Below, in pieces: positions 25,695 to 40,600 of a stretch of 64,000 bases of DNA (the stretch's first letter is position 1; the number at the start of each line of letters is the position of its first letter). A program made the translations under genes and the position numbers. This stretch comes from Schmidtea nova (lineage: Eukaryota), in contig CM097882.1 of the NCBI GenBank assembly GCA_044892505.1, forward strand, positions 239,382,001-239,446,000, read 5' to 3'. Under the pieces are notes generated by a model, which worked only from the letters and a program-made list of their open reading frames with translations, was not told the DNA's origin and did no database searches.

Positions 25695-28600
25695 TTGAGA
25701 AAAGGAGCAAAGAGTGTCGCAATAAAGCCAACAAAAAAGCAGAAAGCCGGCAAAGATAACCACAAAAACCCACAAGGGAGTAAAGCGAGGAAAATAATAA
25801 GAGATAAATCAATTATCGAAAACGATAAATTGTCAGTAGTAAGCAACAGCTCAAGTAACAAAGAGAACCAAGCGGAACCCAAGGAGAACCAAACAAGCGA
25901 AATAGAAAGCGACGAAACTATCAACGATAATATCGAAGAAGTAGAAAACGAGGTAGAACCAGAGGTAGAAACCAACGAAAGTGATAACGAAAGTATAATA
26001 TCAGATAACGAAGGAATAAGAGAAACAGAAAGCGATTCAAGCTCGAGTGGAACAGAAGACGAACATAACAACGAACTAGAAACAAGAGGAAACGAAAGTA
26101 AAATAACTCAAGACAGCGGAATTGAAATGGGTGAACCAAGAGAAGAAATAAAGGATAAATTTTCAGGAGAACCGTTTAACGGAGATGCGAGTAAATTGGA
26201 AATTTTTCTAAAGGAATTTGGCATATTCGTGGAAGTATGCAAATGGAAAGCTGAGACAACAGCAAGTAGAATACAGTTATATTTGAAAGATAGTGCATTG
26301 GACCTATATTTGGAAGCGAAAAATGGTACCAATCCACCTACAAGCTGGTCAGCGATAAAGGATTTTTTCCAGCAAACATTTGGAATAAATAAAGTGCTAA
26401 GCGAAGCATTCATAGAATTTTCGATGAGAAAACAAAAGATGAATGAGTCTAACGCGGTATACGCGAGCGAACTGAAAAAATTAGCAAAATCGGTATTCAA
26501 GGATGGGGGTCCAATAAACGAGGAATTAATGGCAGCCATCTTCATAGGAGGATTAAGAAGACCCGACATAAGAGCGCAAGTTGGATGCCAAGGATGCAAA
26601 ACCATAGACCAAGCGTTAGAGACAGCTAACCGATTTGAATTACATATGATAGGAAGCGAGGGTAGAATTTATTTAGCCATGGACACAGCACAAACCGAAC
26701 CAGAGGTAAATCTCAACAATCACATTCCAAATTCGCAACAATTAAACCGACCACCCCCTCAACGAAGGAATGAAGGAAATAAAGTGCAGAACTTTGGAAA
26801 CCAAAACAATTACCACCCTCAAGGACAAACAAAACAATGTAAAACATGCGGGAAGTTGGGACACTGGCAGCAAGAATGCTACCAAAATTTGAATTGCGGA
26901 AAATGTGGAGTTAAAGGACACTCGGAAAGTAGATGTTCTACAATAATCTGTTTTAATTGCGGACGACCTGGTCACTACTCAAGGAATTGCGGACAAAAAG
27001 GTAATCAACGGGGAAATTGGCAGAACAACGGAAACCGACCAAATTACGGAAATCAAACAAATACTGCAAATCGACAAGATTATGGCAACCAACAGGTCAA
27101 TAATAACAATAATCAGAACAAAACTACCACCAAAGAAATACATTTGATGCAAGAAGTTCAAAGATTGACGGAACTTATAAACAATACGACGAGAGGGAAC
27201 CCGCAAACCAATCAACAACAAATTAGCATGATGAGAAAAATAGAAAGCGAAAACGAACGATTGAATCGAGAAAGTCAAGCACGACACGCTCAGGAATGGG
27301 CAAGAATACAAAGAGAGGATGAACAAAAACAGCAAGAAAGAGAACGACAACCTCTAAGAATTAACATGCTAAGAGCAACAAACCAAACAGACACTCGCGA
27401 GAAAGAAACCACACTGGAAATGAATTCGATAGACCCGAATCCAGCCGACAACGAAAGTCGAAAAGAAATAGTACAAAAAGATGAGGAAGTAGAAAAAGAA
27501 GTAGAAAAGGAAGCGGAAACTGAGATAAACCAAGAAGAGAGAAGAAAAATTTGGAAAAAAGGAATGATGGTAATCATGCCCAACGACCATGTGTTTCGAT
27601 TCCAATATAACGCAAAAGAAAAGGTGGAAATACTATTCAATAAAGTAAACCAGATGATTCCAGGAGTAACGAAACTGCCCAGAGAAGCGTTCTTACAAAT
27701 AGGAGATGCACCATCAGTAAAATTGAAATTAACGGATATATGGGAAAACATGGGAGTAACAGAGACAAAAAGAAATGTGATGAGAATCAAAGAAATAGAA
27801 TCAGAAGAAATTCCACCACCAGTGCGTCACGAAACCCGAATCAGCCGAATATTTAAAGGAAAAATGATACGAAGACGTTTGAAAGAAATAGACGAGTTAG
27901 AGAAGAAAATGAGAAAAGTCGAAGTAATAGAGGATAAGAGTGAACCAACACTAGAGATTGCCAAAAACGAACCAGAACCAACGGAGAATATACAAGGGGA
28001 AACGAACCAAATAGCTCATATTAGTATGTTAAGAAATACCACCAGAGAGTTTTCCGATGAAGAAGAAGATAGCGACATCAGTAGCCTAGCAGGAGACATA
28101 TTAAACGAATCCGAAGACGAAAATAAAGAGAGAGAAGTAATAAAGACCTCAGAACCTACACAGATAAAAGTAGATGAAATCCAGAAATTACTAGATAACT
28201 CGTTAGAAGTAATATATAACGAAGAGTTCATGGACAAGAAACAATATCGGAAATTCATGAAAGCATTATTACAAATGAACTACAAAGATTGGTTACAAGA
28301 CCGGGAAGTGGACATGTTAAATCGATACGTAGGGAAATTAATAGAGGAACCACTCCTCAATTACACTATCTCAATAATAATAAATACATCTACACCAAGA
28401 ATCTGGATCAAAACTCCATTTACAGACGATATCTACAGATGGGTAGAGGATAGACTAGGGAGCTCATATAAAAACAAATTCATCTATTCGCAGAATAGAC
28501 TCGTAAAGAAAAGAACGCACTTAGTAGAAACAGGTATATGGCCAGGAGAAATAACTCTGTTATCAATATGTGATGAGAAGGAAGAAGAGAACCTACAAGA

Positions 28601-31600
28601 AGTTGCAAGGGAAGCAAACACGTGCTTTGAAAGGAGAATAAAACCCCGGTTAGAATACGAGAAAGAACGAGTCTTACGAAAGAATCTAAATTCCCTGATA
28701 GAACAAATCATACCACAAGTCAAAAAACATAGAAAAGAGTTAATGAGAAGCGAATACGAGAAACTGAAACGATGTATTGAGTGCATACGTGACACAAGTC
28801 ACACGAGATGGTCACAAATCTCACACGACAAATTAATCGCAAAAATGGGAAAAACAATGTTCAGACAAGGGAAAATAACAGACCTAAAAATTTCAGTGGA
28901 ATTGCCTAATGAAGACACCAAAGAAATTGAAGTAGTAGCGGATTGCACCATTAAAGAATTAATAAATGTCATCAACGAGACACTAGTGCAAAGAGAACCA
29001 GAAGACGAATGGGAAGACGACATAATCATACAATATAACGAACATGTATTATGGGATCACGATGAGAGACGACTATATAAAATCGGTATATGGGATAATC
29101 ACCAAACCATCCACGTTATCAGAATGGACGATACACCCAGAGAAACTGCTAAAGATGAGAAAAGAGAACGGGAACGACGGAAAGAAGTTGTGCGCAAATT
29201 ACAACAAATAGTAGAAATTTATCGAAATTGGCGAATTTGGCCAGAGTGGGAAAATGTATTAGAAGAACTCAATCTCAACAGACGAATACGAACACCCATA
29301 GAAAAACAATGGAACGAGAAAGGAAAATGTTGGGAACCAAAAGAAGGGGAATATGAAGAAGAATATGAAAGAGGAATGGAAGATGACTGCGAACCAGAAA
29401 TGAGAAGGGTTTGCATGGTGACAAGGAAAGCTACGCCAATAGACCTAGATGGACCAGAAACAGCGGCTATATGGGTAGAAAAGGAAAAGCAAAAAACGGA
29501 AGAATTTGTCGAAATATTAAAAACTAATGCGCACGGTAAGAGAAAAATAATAAAAGGTCTCGCAGATTTTTTCGTGGTTAATGGAGAAGATATAACATGC
29601 TTACGCAAAGTAGCAAAAGCAATCGCAGAATATAAAAGAGTCAACGAGTGGTGCCCGGAACAACTAGACCATGTAATTAGGAAATGGAGAAACCAAGAAT
29701 TCTCGCAGGAAATTCCACAGAAAGTGCATTTAAGAATAATATATCCAAACAAGGATAAGGAAGAATTGTGGGTAGGAATAGCAGAAAAAATTCGAGATAT
29801 TAAAAAGAAATTGAGATACGAACCACCATTCCATTTACAACACCAAGGACGATCATTAGATAACAGTTTGGAAATCAGAATAACGCCAGCACAACTAGAT
29901 CTCATGAATACCTTGACAGTAGAAGCAATAGCAGGTCAACCATTGAAACGTAAAGAAGAAAACCATAAACCACACGGAAGTATAAGTACGCCGAGCCCGA
30001 TGAAATCAGTACTAACACCAGGGACAAGTTCAAGACGATCTGAGACAACACCCAGAGGGAATAGAGAAATGACTCCACCACAACCATACGACGTGGACGA
30101 AATTTTAACGGATAGCGACGATATGATAGAAGAATTAACCGAATTAACAAAAGAAAAAGACGATAACATTTTCGAAAGAATACAAGAATTACCTACGACA
30201 ATACAAGTAACCAACACCGGAGAAACAGAAGTCGAAGAAGAAATAATAATAGAAGAAATAAACGATTTGATAGAAGACGAAGCGAGAGGGACGAATGTCG
30301 AAAATGTACAATTAACCCAAGAAATGGAAAGATGGTTAGAAGAAAGAGCTAACGAACCAAGAGATGTCACGGAAGAAACAGGACGAGCAACAAGATTTGT
30401 GGAAACGGTTACAGGAATGGATAGACGACCTCGAGGTAGACCCAAGACAGATCCGGCAAATGTAGTCATCAGAAATAAGGATGAAAAGAGACAAGATCAA
30501 TGGGAAGTATGTTTAAAGAAATTAAATAAAATCGCGGAGATAAAAGAAAAAGAGACAACACCAATATGTCAAGGTGAGGAATGGATATCGAAAACAATAA
30601 TGGAAATATTGGCAATAATTGATCCGGAATTGAAAAAATACTGGCGTATAACTGAGATAAGCGAAAAGGCGAAGTCATTGCACAGCGCAATTGCACCCAT
30701 CTTACCGGAATTCATAAAAGTAAAGACGAAGTCAAATCATTTAGACTGGCAAGGAACCACTACGTTAATAAAGAAATTGACAGAAGGAGCGGAAACAGAT
30801 AACAAATACGTGATAGCCATTGCATACACCATCTACAACCTACTAACACTGAGTAGAGGTCGACCAAAACCCACTGCGTTGGAAAGACACATAAAAAATA
30901 CCGCAAAAATTATAGCCAGAGAAATAGAACCATACATCATTAACAAAGGAGGATGGGAAACATTTATAAAAACTAACCAGAAGAAAACGCAAGCCAAGAA
31001 TATGAAAAAGAAATTCGAAAAAATATTGGAAGAGTTAGAAAAAGAACAAGCAGGAACAGGAAACGCGAAGTCATCAATGAATTTGAGTTCTATAATAATG
31101 ATGATGTTGATATGGATGATTAGCACCGATAGCGCAACAGCATTCGAAGTGTTTGATTGCGACCAAATGAAGTTAGGAGAAAAGTATTCATTGAGAGGTA
31201 CGGAGCAATGCAAAGATGCAACTCCAGTAGAGTTGCAAAAGATTAAAAAGGAACAATGGTACCACGTGTATCAAGAAGCAGAACTCATAAAGACAATGGT
31301 GAATGAATGTAAGGTGCAGAAGACAAGATTCGCATTCTACTGCGGGAGAGGACATTATTCAGCAATTGTCATGCCAGGAACGGAAAGAGAACCAATCGTG
31401 TTACAAGGAGAGGACTGCGAAGCATTGTTTAAACATGGAGAAGTAACAACAAGAGATAAAATCAAGATAAAAGGAAAGCCAGGAATGATGATGCAACAGA
31501 CGTACTATGTAGCAGGACGGATTACGGGAGGAGAAGGATATTGTCAAGGAGAAACCTACCCGATGTTCGGAACACTCGCAACCAACTTAGTGGTGATGGA

Positions 31601-34600
31601 TACGTATATAGTCGAACTAAAAAGCTATGAAGCATTCTTCGAACCCACAACGGGAGAAATGAAAACGTTATCCATGTGTAAAATCGACAGGAGCATGTGT
31701 CAAACGGGAATGTCAACATTAGTGTACAAACCAAAGGTGAACGAATGTCAATTACAACTGCTACAAGGAGCAAAGTTCGACGAAATCCAAGGAAAAACGT
31801 TCCAGGAAGAAGACGATGACGACAAAGCTAGAGCAAAGCATCTCAAGGAAGCTTTAGAGAATAAAAGACAACTGAAACCAGACCATAGAGAAAAACGGAT
31901 AGAGATGAGAGCCACACCAACAGTGTTGATAACCACAAATCAGGATGTGGGAATGAGGTTCATAAAAGGGAAAGCAACCCTTAAGTGTAGTACAACGGTA
32001 TACGAAACGAATTATCCAGGAATATATGTGTCAAAACAAGAAGTGCCAAATGCGAAACCCAAAATCGACACAATGGATATCAAACTACACCTATATGTGA
32101 ATAATAAAATGGATTTCCTATTCCATAGAGGACAAGCCTCATTACAAAAAGTGTACTACGATCTGATAAACAATGATTGTATACTAAATCGAGAAATATT
32201 AAAGACAAAGTTGGCCGTAGCAATTACGAATCCAGACAGCGCGATGCCATTATTACCACTGAGAGAAGGACATTTCGGAAGAGTGGTTGGAGAAGCAATG
32301 TATGTATACATTTGTGAAAAGACACACGCATCGCTAGCAGCAACAACACAGTTGAAACCTGGAACCTGTACAAATGAGTTAGAAATCGACTACAAAGGAA
32401 AAGTACGATACGTTCAACCAGTGACGAGAATCATCAATCCACCAGGGTTTGAACCAAATCCATTCAACTGTAGTAATGCGTATGGACCACTTTATCAGAA
32501 ACCAGATGGTAAATGGGTTATGTTCCCAGGAAGATCCGAAGTGATAGCACCAAGAGAATTCGAGCTAATGCAGTTGTCAAAGGATAGGCAATTCAGCGAC
32601 GTAGATGTCTCAAACAACGGAATATATAGTCCAAAGGATTTAGAAGCAGCAAGGCAGAATATATTATTTCCAGCGAGAAGAGAAGCATTACTGTCAAATA
32701 TCGTAACGATAACGGGAGGAACGGATTATCGAGAAGGACCGAATTATGAACTGTTGTTATCACCAGCACATTTCAAAAAAGCCACGGAAAATATGATGAA
32801 AGCCATGTGGGGAAGATTCCTGATATTTGGACAAATGATGGCGGGAATACTGGGGGTTATATTAATAATACAAATCGTCAGAGTGATAATAACGCAAATG
32901 TTAGCGTGTTTCGATATCTACAAAAGAGAAAAGAGAGTGAATTGGAAAATGGTAGTAGGATTTTTACCATTCCTTGCGAAAACAATGGTGTTGCACGGAC
33001 ACTCAAAAGATATCCATCGAATAAAAAGACTCCTAAAGATACTAGCAAAAATGAAGGGAACAGATGAAGAAGTAGGACGAAAATTTAAAAAGATAATGAA
33101 TGACGAACAAGCAAGACAACAGCTCAAGAGAGAAAGAAAAGGTCTATGGGAGAGGGTGAAAGGATATAAAACCCAAAATGATTCGAGTGACGACGATGAC
33201 GACGATGACGACTATAAGGGAGGACAAGTGTATAAGAACCAAGCACCACAATACATCGAAAAGAATCCAGCCGACGCATGGAAATGTTACGCACCTCCAC
33301 CAACCATGTATCAAGAACCACTACAAGGAGGAAAAAATAGCACGATGCAAATGATGCCAATGACAAATGTATACCCCATGATACCAGAGGATTATAAAAT
33401 GAGAAGATGTAGAAGCGTGGATCCACAAGGAGACACACATACAATCGCCGTAATGTCATCTAACACAGGTCCAGTGTTAACCACAACAATAGAAATTAAC
33501 GGAAGAGAAATCGAAGCAATGATCGACACTGGAGCAAATATTTCCGCCATCGACATCAAATGGATACCACAGGAGCAAAGACGAGAAATAGAAAGGACAA
33601 ACGTCCACGTAATTGCATGTAGCAAGGAAGTTGTAGAAGTAGCAGGAAGATGGTGGGTAAAAATACGCCACTTAAACACAGAAATCGATACCTACGTAGC
33701 AGTTATACCAGCATTAAGCGTGCCTTGCATTATCGGAACAGATTTGATGCCAGCATTATTTAAAGAGATTGTAATCGATCTCGGAACAATGAGACTAAAA
33801 GATCGCACAGGACAAATATGCGCAATAGAAGCCAAGGTGACAAGTTCAAAGCAAATGATAATACCGGCAAGAAAGGAAAAAATATGTTACGTAAAAATAG
33901 ATCCGACAATCCAAGGCGATATGATTTTCGAACCAAGTAAGAGATTCGAGAAAAGAAAAGCGTTGCCAATGGCAAGAGGATTAGTCAACATAAATGATAA
34001 TGGAGAAATCCCAATAAACGTGGTAAATTTCGACGAAGAGGATAAAATAATCTACGAAAACGAAAGATTAGGTAAATTAACCCCAATGATGGATATAGAA
34101 CTACCAATAGCAGGAGCAGAGAAAGATAAAGAACCAACATGGAATATTGATAGTGAATTATTAAATGAGAATCAAAAGAAGCAATTAGAAAAACTGCTGA
34201 CAGAGTATAAGGACATATTTGCAGCATCCGATTTGGATCTAGGAACCTGTGATGTCACGTTACATACGATACCACTAACAGACGAAACACCGATTGCATT
34301 AAGGCCGTACAAATTAGCAGAAGCACAGAAAGCAGTAGCAGAAGCAGAAGTGAAGAAAATGTTGGATGCAGAAGTGATCGAACCAAGTTGTTCACCCTGG
34401 CAATTTCCAGTAGTAATGGTAAAGAAGAAAGACGGAACACAGAGATTCTGCATAGATTATCGAAGATTGAATACAGTGACAAAACGAGATACTTACCCAT
34501 TACCAGACATCAACGAAATGCTACTAACATTACAGGGAGCAGCATATTTTACATCGCTAGATCTGAAAAGCGGATACTGGCAAATAAAAATGAAGGAAGA

Positions 34601-37600
34601 AGATAAAGAGAAAACTGCCTTTACCATCGGTAGAGACCTATATCAATTTCGAAAGATGCCCTTTGGATTAACAAACGCACCAGCATCATTTCAGAGATGC
34701 ATGAATTTCGTCACCCATGGAATAAAGCAGTGTATGGTCTACATCGACGATTTATTAATCTACTCTAGCACGTTTGAACAACACATACAGGATATTCGAG
34801 ATGTATTCGTTAGACTTAGACAATGGAAGTTAAAACTCAAGCCATCCAAGTGTGATTGGGCGAAAGAGAAAGTAACATTTTTAGGACATATAGTGTCAGC
34901 AAAAGGAAAAGAACCGGATCCTAGAAATATCGACAAAGTAAAGGAATGTCCAGTACCAAAAACAATAACCCAGATACAAGAATTTCTTGGATTATGTGGA
35001 TATTATAGAAAGTTTATAAAAGATTACGCCGGAATAGCAAAACCTATACAGGAACTAGTAAAGAAAGATGTATCCTTCATATGGGGAGACGAACAACAAA
35101 CAGCTTTCGAGACATTAAGAGATAAACTGATAACCGCACCCATATTGGTACACCCAGACTTCAAGAAGCCATTCTTACTTGCAACAGACGCAAGCGGATA
35201 TGCAGCAGGAGCAGTATTAGGACAATACGACGATGAAGGAAAAGAACGCGTAATCGGATATTATAGCCGGACATTCAAAAAGCATGAGAAAAATTACTCA
35301 GTAACCGAGCGAGAAGCGTTAGCAATTATACTAGCAATTAAACACTTTAAATATTTATTATGGGGACACATCATCTGTATAACCACAGATTACCAACCGC
35401 TTGTGTGGTTAGGACAACATAAGGAAACCTCCAGTAGATTAATGCGATGGGCAATGCAGCTACAGGAGTACTCACCAGACATAAAATTTAAATCAGGACG
35501 AGCGAATGCGAATGCAGACTGTATGTCCAGACTGACATTTCCGGAATTAACCGACCCGGATGTACAACGAATTTGTGTATTAATAGCAGAAGATTTAGAT
35601 TTTAGTGAGTTAAAGAAAGATCAACAGGAAGACAGAGAGTTAGGACAGATCATAGAGTTCCTAACATCTCGAAATATAGAGGTACTCAAAGATAATAAAG
35701 AATTAAAGGAACATATAGGAAAATATCAACATCGATATATAATAAATAAAGGATGGTTATTGATACAAGACGGTGAAAAGAGGCTGATGTGTTTACCGGA
35801 AAACAGAAGGAAAGAGATAATGATCCAATACCACGATGGGAAATTAGGAGGTCATATGTCAGAGAAAAAGACAATAAATCGGATGAGACAGAAATATTAT
35901 TGGCGAACAATGGAAGAAGATATAAAAGAATGGATTAAAAATTGCCTAACCTGCGCAACTAGAAAGGATAGTGGGAAGAAATGGAAGAACCCGCTACAAC
36001 CAATGCCGATACCAGCAGAGCCAATGACAACTATAGCAATGGACGTAATAGGACCATTACCAGAAAGCTTAAACGGAAACATTTACATACTGGTAATAAC
36101 GGATTACCTGACGAAATTCCCGGAAGCATTTGCCATGCAAGATCAAAAAGCAAAAACCGTAGCAAAAATTCTAGTGGAAGAAATATGCTGCAGATATGGA
36201 ACTCCAAAACAAATACTCACAGACCAAGGAACTAATTTTATGAGTGAGTTATTAGGCGAGGTGACAAACTATTTCAGAATAGCGAAATTGAGAACTTCAC
36301 CATATCATCCACAAACGAATGGTCAAACAGAGCGATTCAATGGCACATTGATTAGAATGTTATCAAACTATGTCAGCAGACACCAAACTGATTGGGACGA
36401 ATACATAAAATTATGTTTAATGGCATACCGAATGTCGATACATGCCGCAACAAAACTAAGCCCGTTTCAACTTATGTATGGCAGAGAATGCAACATGCCC
36501 ATAGATTTGGAGTACCAGCCACCATTATCGCAATATATGGAAGATGACGACTACGTAACCAAATTCAAAGAAAGAATGCAGGAAATATGGAAAACGGCAG
36601 AACTTAACATTAAATTTTATCAGGAAAGTTATAAAGACTTACACGACCAGAAGAAAAATGTTAAAGCGAACGATCTAAAACCAGGAGATTGGGTGATAAT
36701 AGAAACTCCAGAAATAATACCAGGAACGGTTAAGAAACTCCAAAGACCTGGAAGAGGACCTTATGAAATTATATACAAAAAGGACAACAATGTCAAAGTT
36801 AAGCTAATAAATCGACCGTTAATACGACCCATATATGTAAACACCTGCAGATGTAAGAAGGTGCCTAAAACGATAACTACAACACCAGAGAATCGAATAA
36901 TAACCAGATCACAAACAGCCAGGATAAACATGCTCAGAGCAAACACCAGCGAAGACGACAAAACAGAAATAAGGCAAAAAGAAATCAGAAATAAAGAAAT
37001 CCTATTGAAGGCGAGAGAGATAATGGGAAGATGGCATGTTAGAGACGAAGCAGGCATATCAAGGGACATTAGACACATAATTAGCCGTTACGCACAAGGA
37101 TTACCAACCGAACCAATTATTTCTGAATTATTGATAAAAATCCCTGAAATACTCTTATTAAAAGATGTAGGAGGACAACCAGCCTTACATAATGCGATTC
37201 AGTGTAAAAACATTGAAAGAGCAAAAGAATTCTTGAAAATCGCAAAAGATACAAACCAAAACCTAGACGTTGGGAATCGTGAACAGGAAACTCCATTAAT
37301 GACAGCAGCCATCTACCAAGCAGATAAAGAAATGGTAGATCTGTTGATAAAAGCCCGTTTCAGTTGGACAGAACGAGATAGAGAAGATAAAACAGTGCTA
37401 AATCACGCGATATGGAGTTCTCACCAACTTATGTTGGAATATATAATAGCAAACTCCACTTGGGAGATAGACGAACTAGTTAAAGGAGACATTATCAAAG
37501 AGGCAATCAAAATTGGTAAATGCAACACGATCCGTAAGTTAATCAAATGGAAACGACCAGAAGATGATACATGGGTCTTAGACATAAACGAAGTATACAG

Positions 37601-40600
37601 CGAAGGACAAAACGCACTGTTAAGATACCTTTTGAAATTTACTTGTGATCAGAAGACATTACTAACCTTATTAGACAGGGGAAACATAAACATCACAAAA
37701 AATGAAGAAGAACACAAATTCGATAAAGAGAAGGAGGTCTTATTCAACAAAATTAGGAAATGGTGTGCAAAACCACTTGATAAACTAATAACATACAAAG
37801 ACATAAATAATTTTAACGATAAATACCAGACTATAGTAAGTGAGTACGAGGAATTAGTAAAAATCTTAAACCATCCCGAAAAATGCAAACAGGTTTTGGA
37901 GAGAAAAGAAAGAGAAAGTAACAAGAAACTCACACCACTCTTCAAAGCAGAAGCACCATACCAAGCTAGACTAGATGCGATACAAGAAAAAGCAAAGGAG
38001 TTGCTACCGGACTTCGAGAATTGTCAACACGCATTAGAAATACTCGGTGCCTTAGTTGAAAAAGTACACGCGTACGCAAAAGGAACATACAATGGTAACG
38101 ATATAACGACTATAAAAAAAGAAATGCCAGTAACATTTTTACTACCAAAGGACGGAATAATGCCCATACATAGAGCTTTACGAAATGGCAAAGATAGAAA
38201 AGTAATGGAAATTGCACGAATAATGCTAAACTGCGGAAGCAACATGAATATGGTAGACGAGAAAGGAGATACACTCATGATATTTGCAGCAAGGGCCAAA
38301 ACAAAAACAAAAGTGTTGGAAGAACTATACAAAGCAGGTGCAGGACTTACAGGAAAGACAGATAAAGATAATTCAATTTTGGATGTAGCATTACTAACAC
38401 ATAATTGGGAAATGGTCAACTTCATTAAAACAATCTCAAATCAGGAAGAAATAGATTACCTAACTGATACGGTCAGGAAACCCAGTGTACTAGCAATGAT
38501 GAACAACGTCGAACTAACAGAATCAATACTTACGTGGATAAATCCGAATACCAACGAACCAGCATTCAAGATTAATGAGTTTACAGAACATAACCAAAAC
38601 TGGTGTATAAGAAGTGCCCTAATAACATATAAATGGCCAGAGATATTGAAGATGTTTATGGAAAGAAAGGATCTAAGAGTCACAAACAACCCGAGAGAGG
38701 GAAAATACACAGGCAAATGGAAAGAATTAATGAGGACATACATCAACAATTGGATCAAGGCCAAAAAGGAAATCTTAGAATATAAATCCACTAACAAAAT
38801 AATACCGGAGCAGATAGAAACACAAGAATTTGAGGCAAGTAATCTAACGACATTAGCATACGCAAAATTGATAGAAGAAATCAATGTCGAGGACGACATT
38901 TTCGACGAGCCAGGGGGAGATGACAACACAGATAGTGACGACGGTAACAACTCAGAAAATTCAAGCGATCACGAACCACCCGATAAAGAGGAAAACGAGA
39001 GAAAAGACAAGAAACGAGACAAGGAAGGAAAGAAAGGTGAAGACGAAAAACAAAGAGATGAAGAGAGAGAACAAGGAACAAACGACCAAGGAGATAAAAA
39101 TGACACCCAAAGAACAGGTTATAAATCAACCATAAAACCATTCTTCAAACCAGAATTACTATTACTAACAATGATTATAACGTTAATTAATCCAAGTCAA
39201 GGAATGACATGTGAAGAAAGGGCAATAATACAAATAAAAAACGCAAAAGGAATCGAACGAGTATGTTGGTCAAAAAAGGACAAAATCACGGAACAAAATA
39301 GCCCGATGGATTGCAGAATCTCAAAACACGAGCAAGAAATCATAGAGATCAACGACCTGGATCTAAATACCTGGTACAAAATATGCACCGTTAGAAAACA
39401 AAAGCATCCAAGATCACACAACAAAATCGCATGTGCAAAATACCAAACACCTAAAGCAGCCATGACAATACAACAGTCACCCAAAGGAGATTACATCATC
39501 GGAAAATGTGGAAGGACAGAGACACAGGGAACAGAAAACAAAAAACCCCAGGCAACAGATAAGCAAACAACACCAACCCTACGAATTACAATAGAGAGGC
39601 CTGAAGCAAGAGTTGCCACAAACGAAACCGAAAGAGTGTCCTACCAAATGGAAGTATTATGTTTAGCACTCATACTAATAATGATAAAACGATTAGAGGA
39701 AGGGATAGAAATTGAAACTATGACAATAACAGAAGTAGAAGATACACAGAATACTAACATAAAATGTTGGGCGAGAAATAACGAGGAAATCGGCGTAAAC
39801 GAAATAAGGAAAAGTCGAAAACCAACAACGAATAAAGTAATTAAAATATCCGAAGTAAAAGCAGATAAGACGTACAAACTATGCCTACTAGAAAAAGAAA
39901 CGAACAAGAAAGGTACCACAAAATGTAAAACATTTCAACCTGGAGAGGTAATAAAGTTCAGAAGGAGAACGAGGAAGAGAAATAAACAAATCAAGCGGAA
40001 AGTAAACATAACATTAGAAATAAAAGAGATAGAACCAAATGTGAAAGGAGTATGCTGGAGGAAGTACGAAAAAGAAGTAAATAAAAGAACGACACCACAT
40101 TGTCGAACAAACACAGGAACAACGACGATTCAAATAAAAGGTTTAGAAAGTAAACAAACCTACGAAATATGTTTGGTAAAGAAAAATGATCAGATAACGA
40201 TAAACGACCTAGAATGCGGAATATATACAACGTCATCCGGAACAAGAACCAAAACGTTAACACGGAAAAATAAAAGGAAACAACGAAACAAAGGAAAACC
40301 GAAGTACACCACTACCTTTAAAAACAATAAACAACCAACAAACCAAGAAGTTACGACGAAACCCGAGAGAAAAACATCAGCAACTCTAACATTATGGAAA
40401 ATAGAGAATAAAACATTAGAAATATGTTGGATAATAGTACAGAAACATATAAGAAGACAATCAAGAGAATGCAGAAAAACAAATAAAGAAATCAAGATCG
40501 AAAAACTACAATTTAATAGCGAGTACGAAGTATACGCAATAGAAATAATGGACGCACTAAGAAACCAACAAGAAAGATGCGAAACCTACTATACACCAGT

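Noticed and set aside
33180-33220. DDDDDDDDYK resembling a FLAG tag (vector contamination)
   Set aside because: The order differs from DYKDDDDK; it is a natural acidic run present in both copies within the Env tail.
33830-34090. dUTPase between PR and RT
   Set aside because: The beta-rich segment (IIPARKEKICYVKI...RGLVNI...IPINVVN) lacks recognisable dUTPase motifs and resembles the post-protease linker common in gypsy elements.
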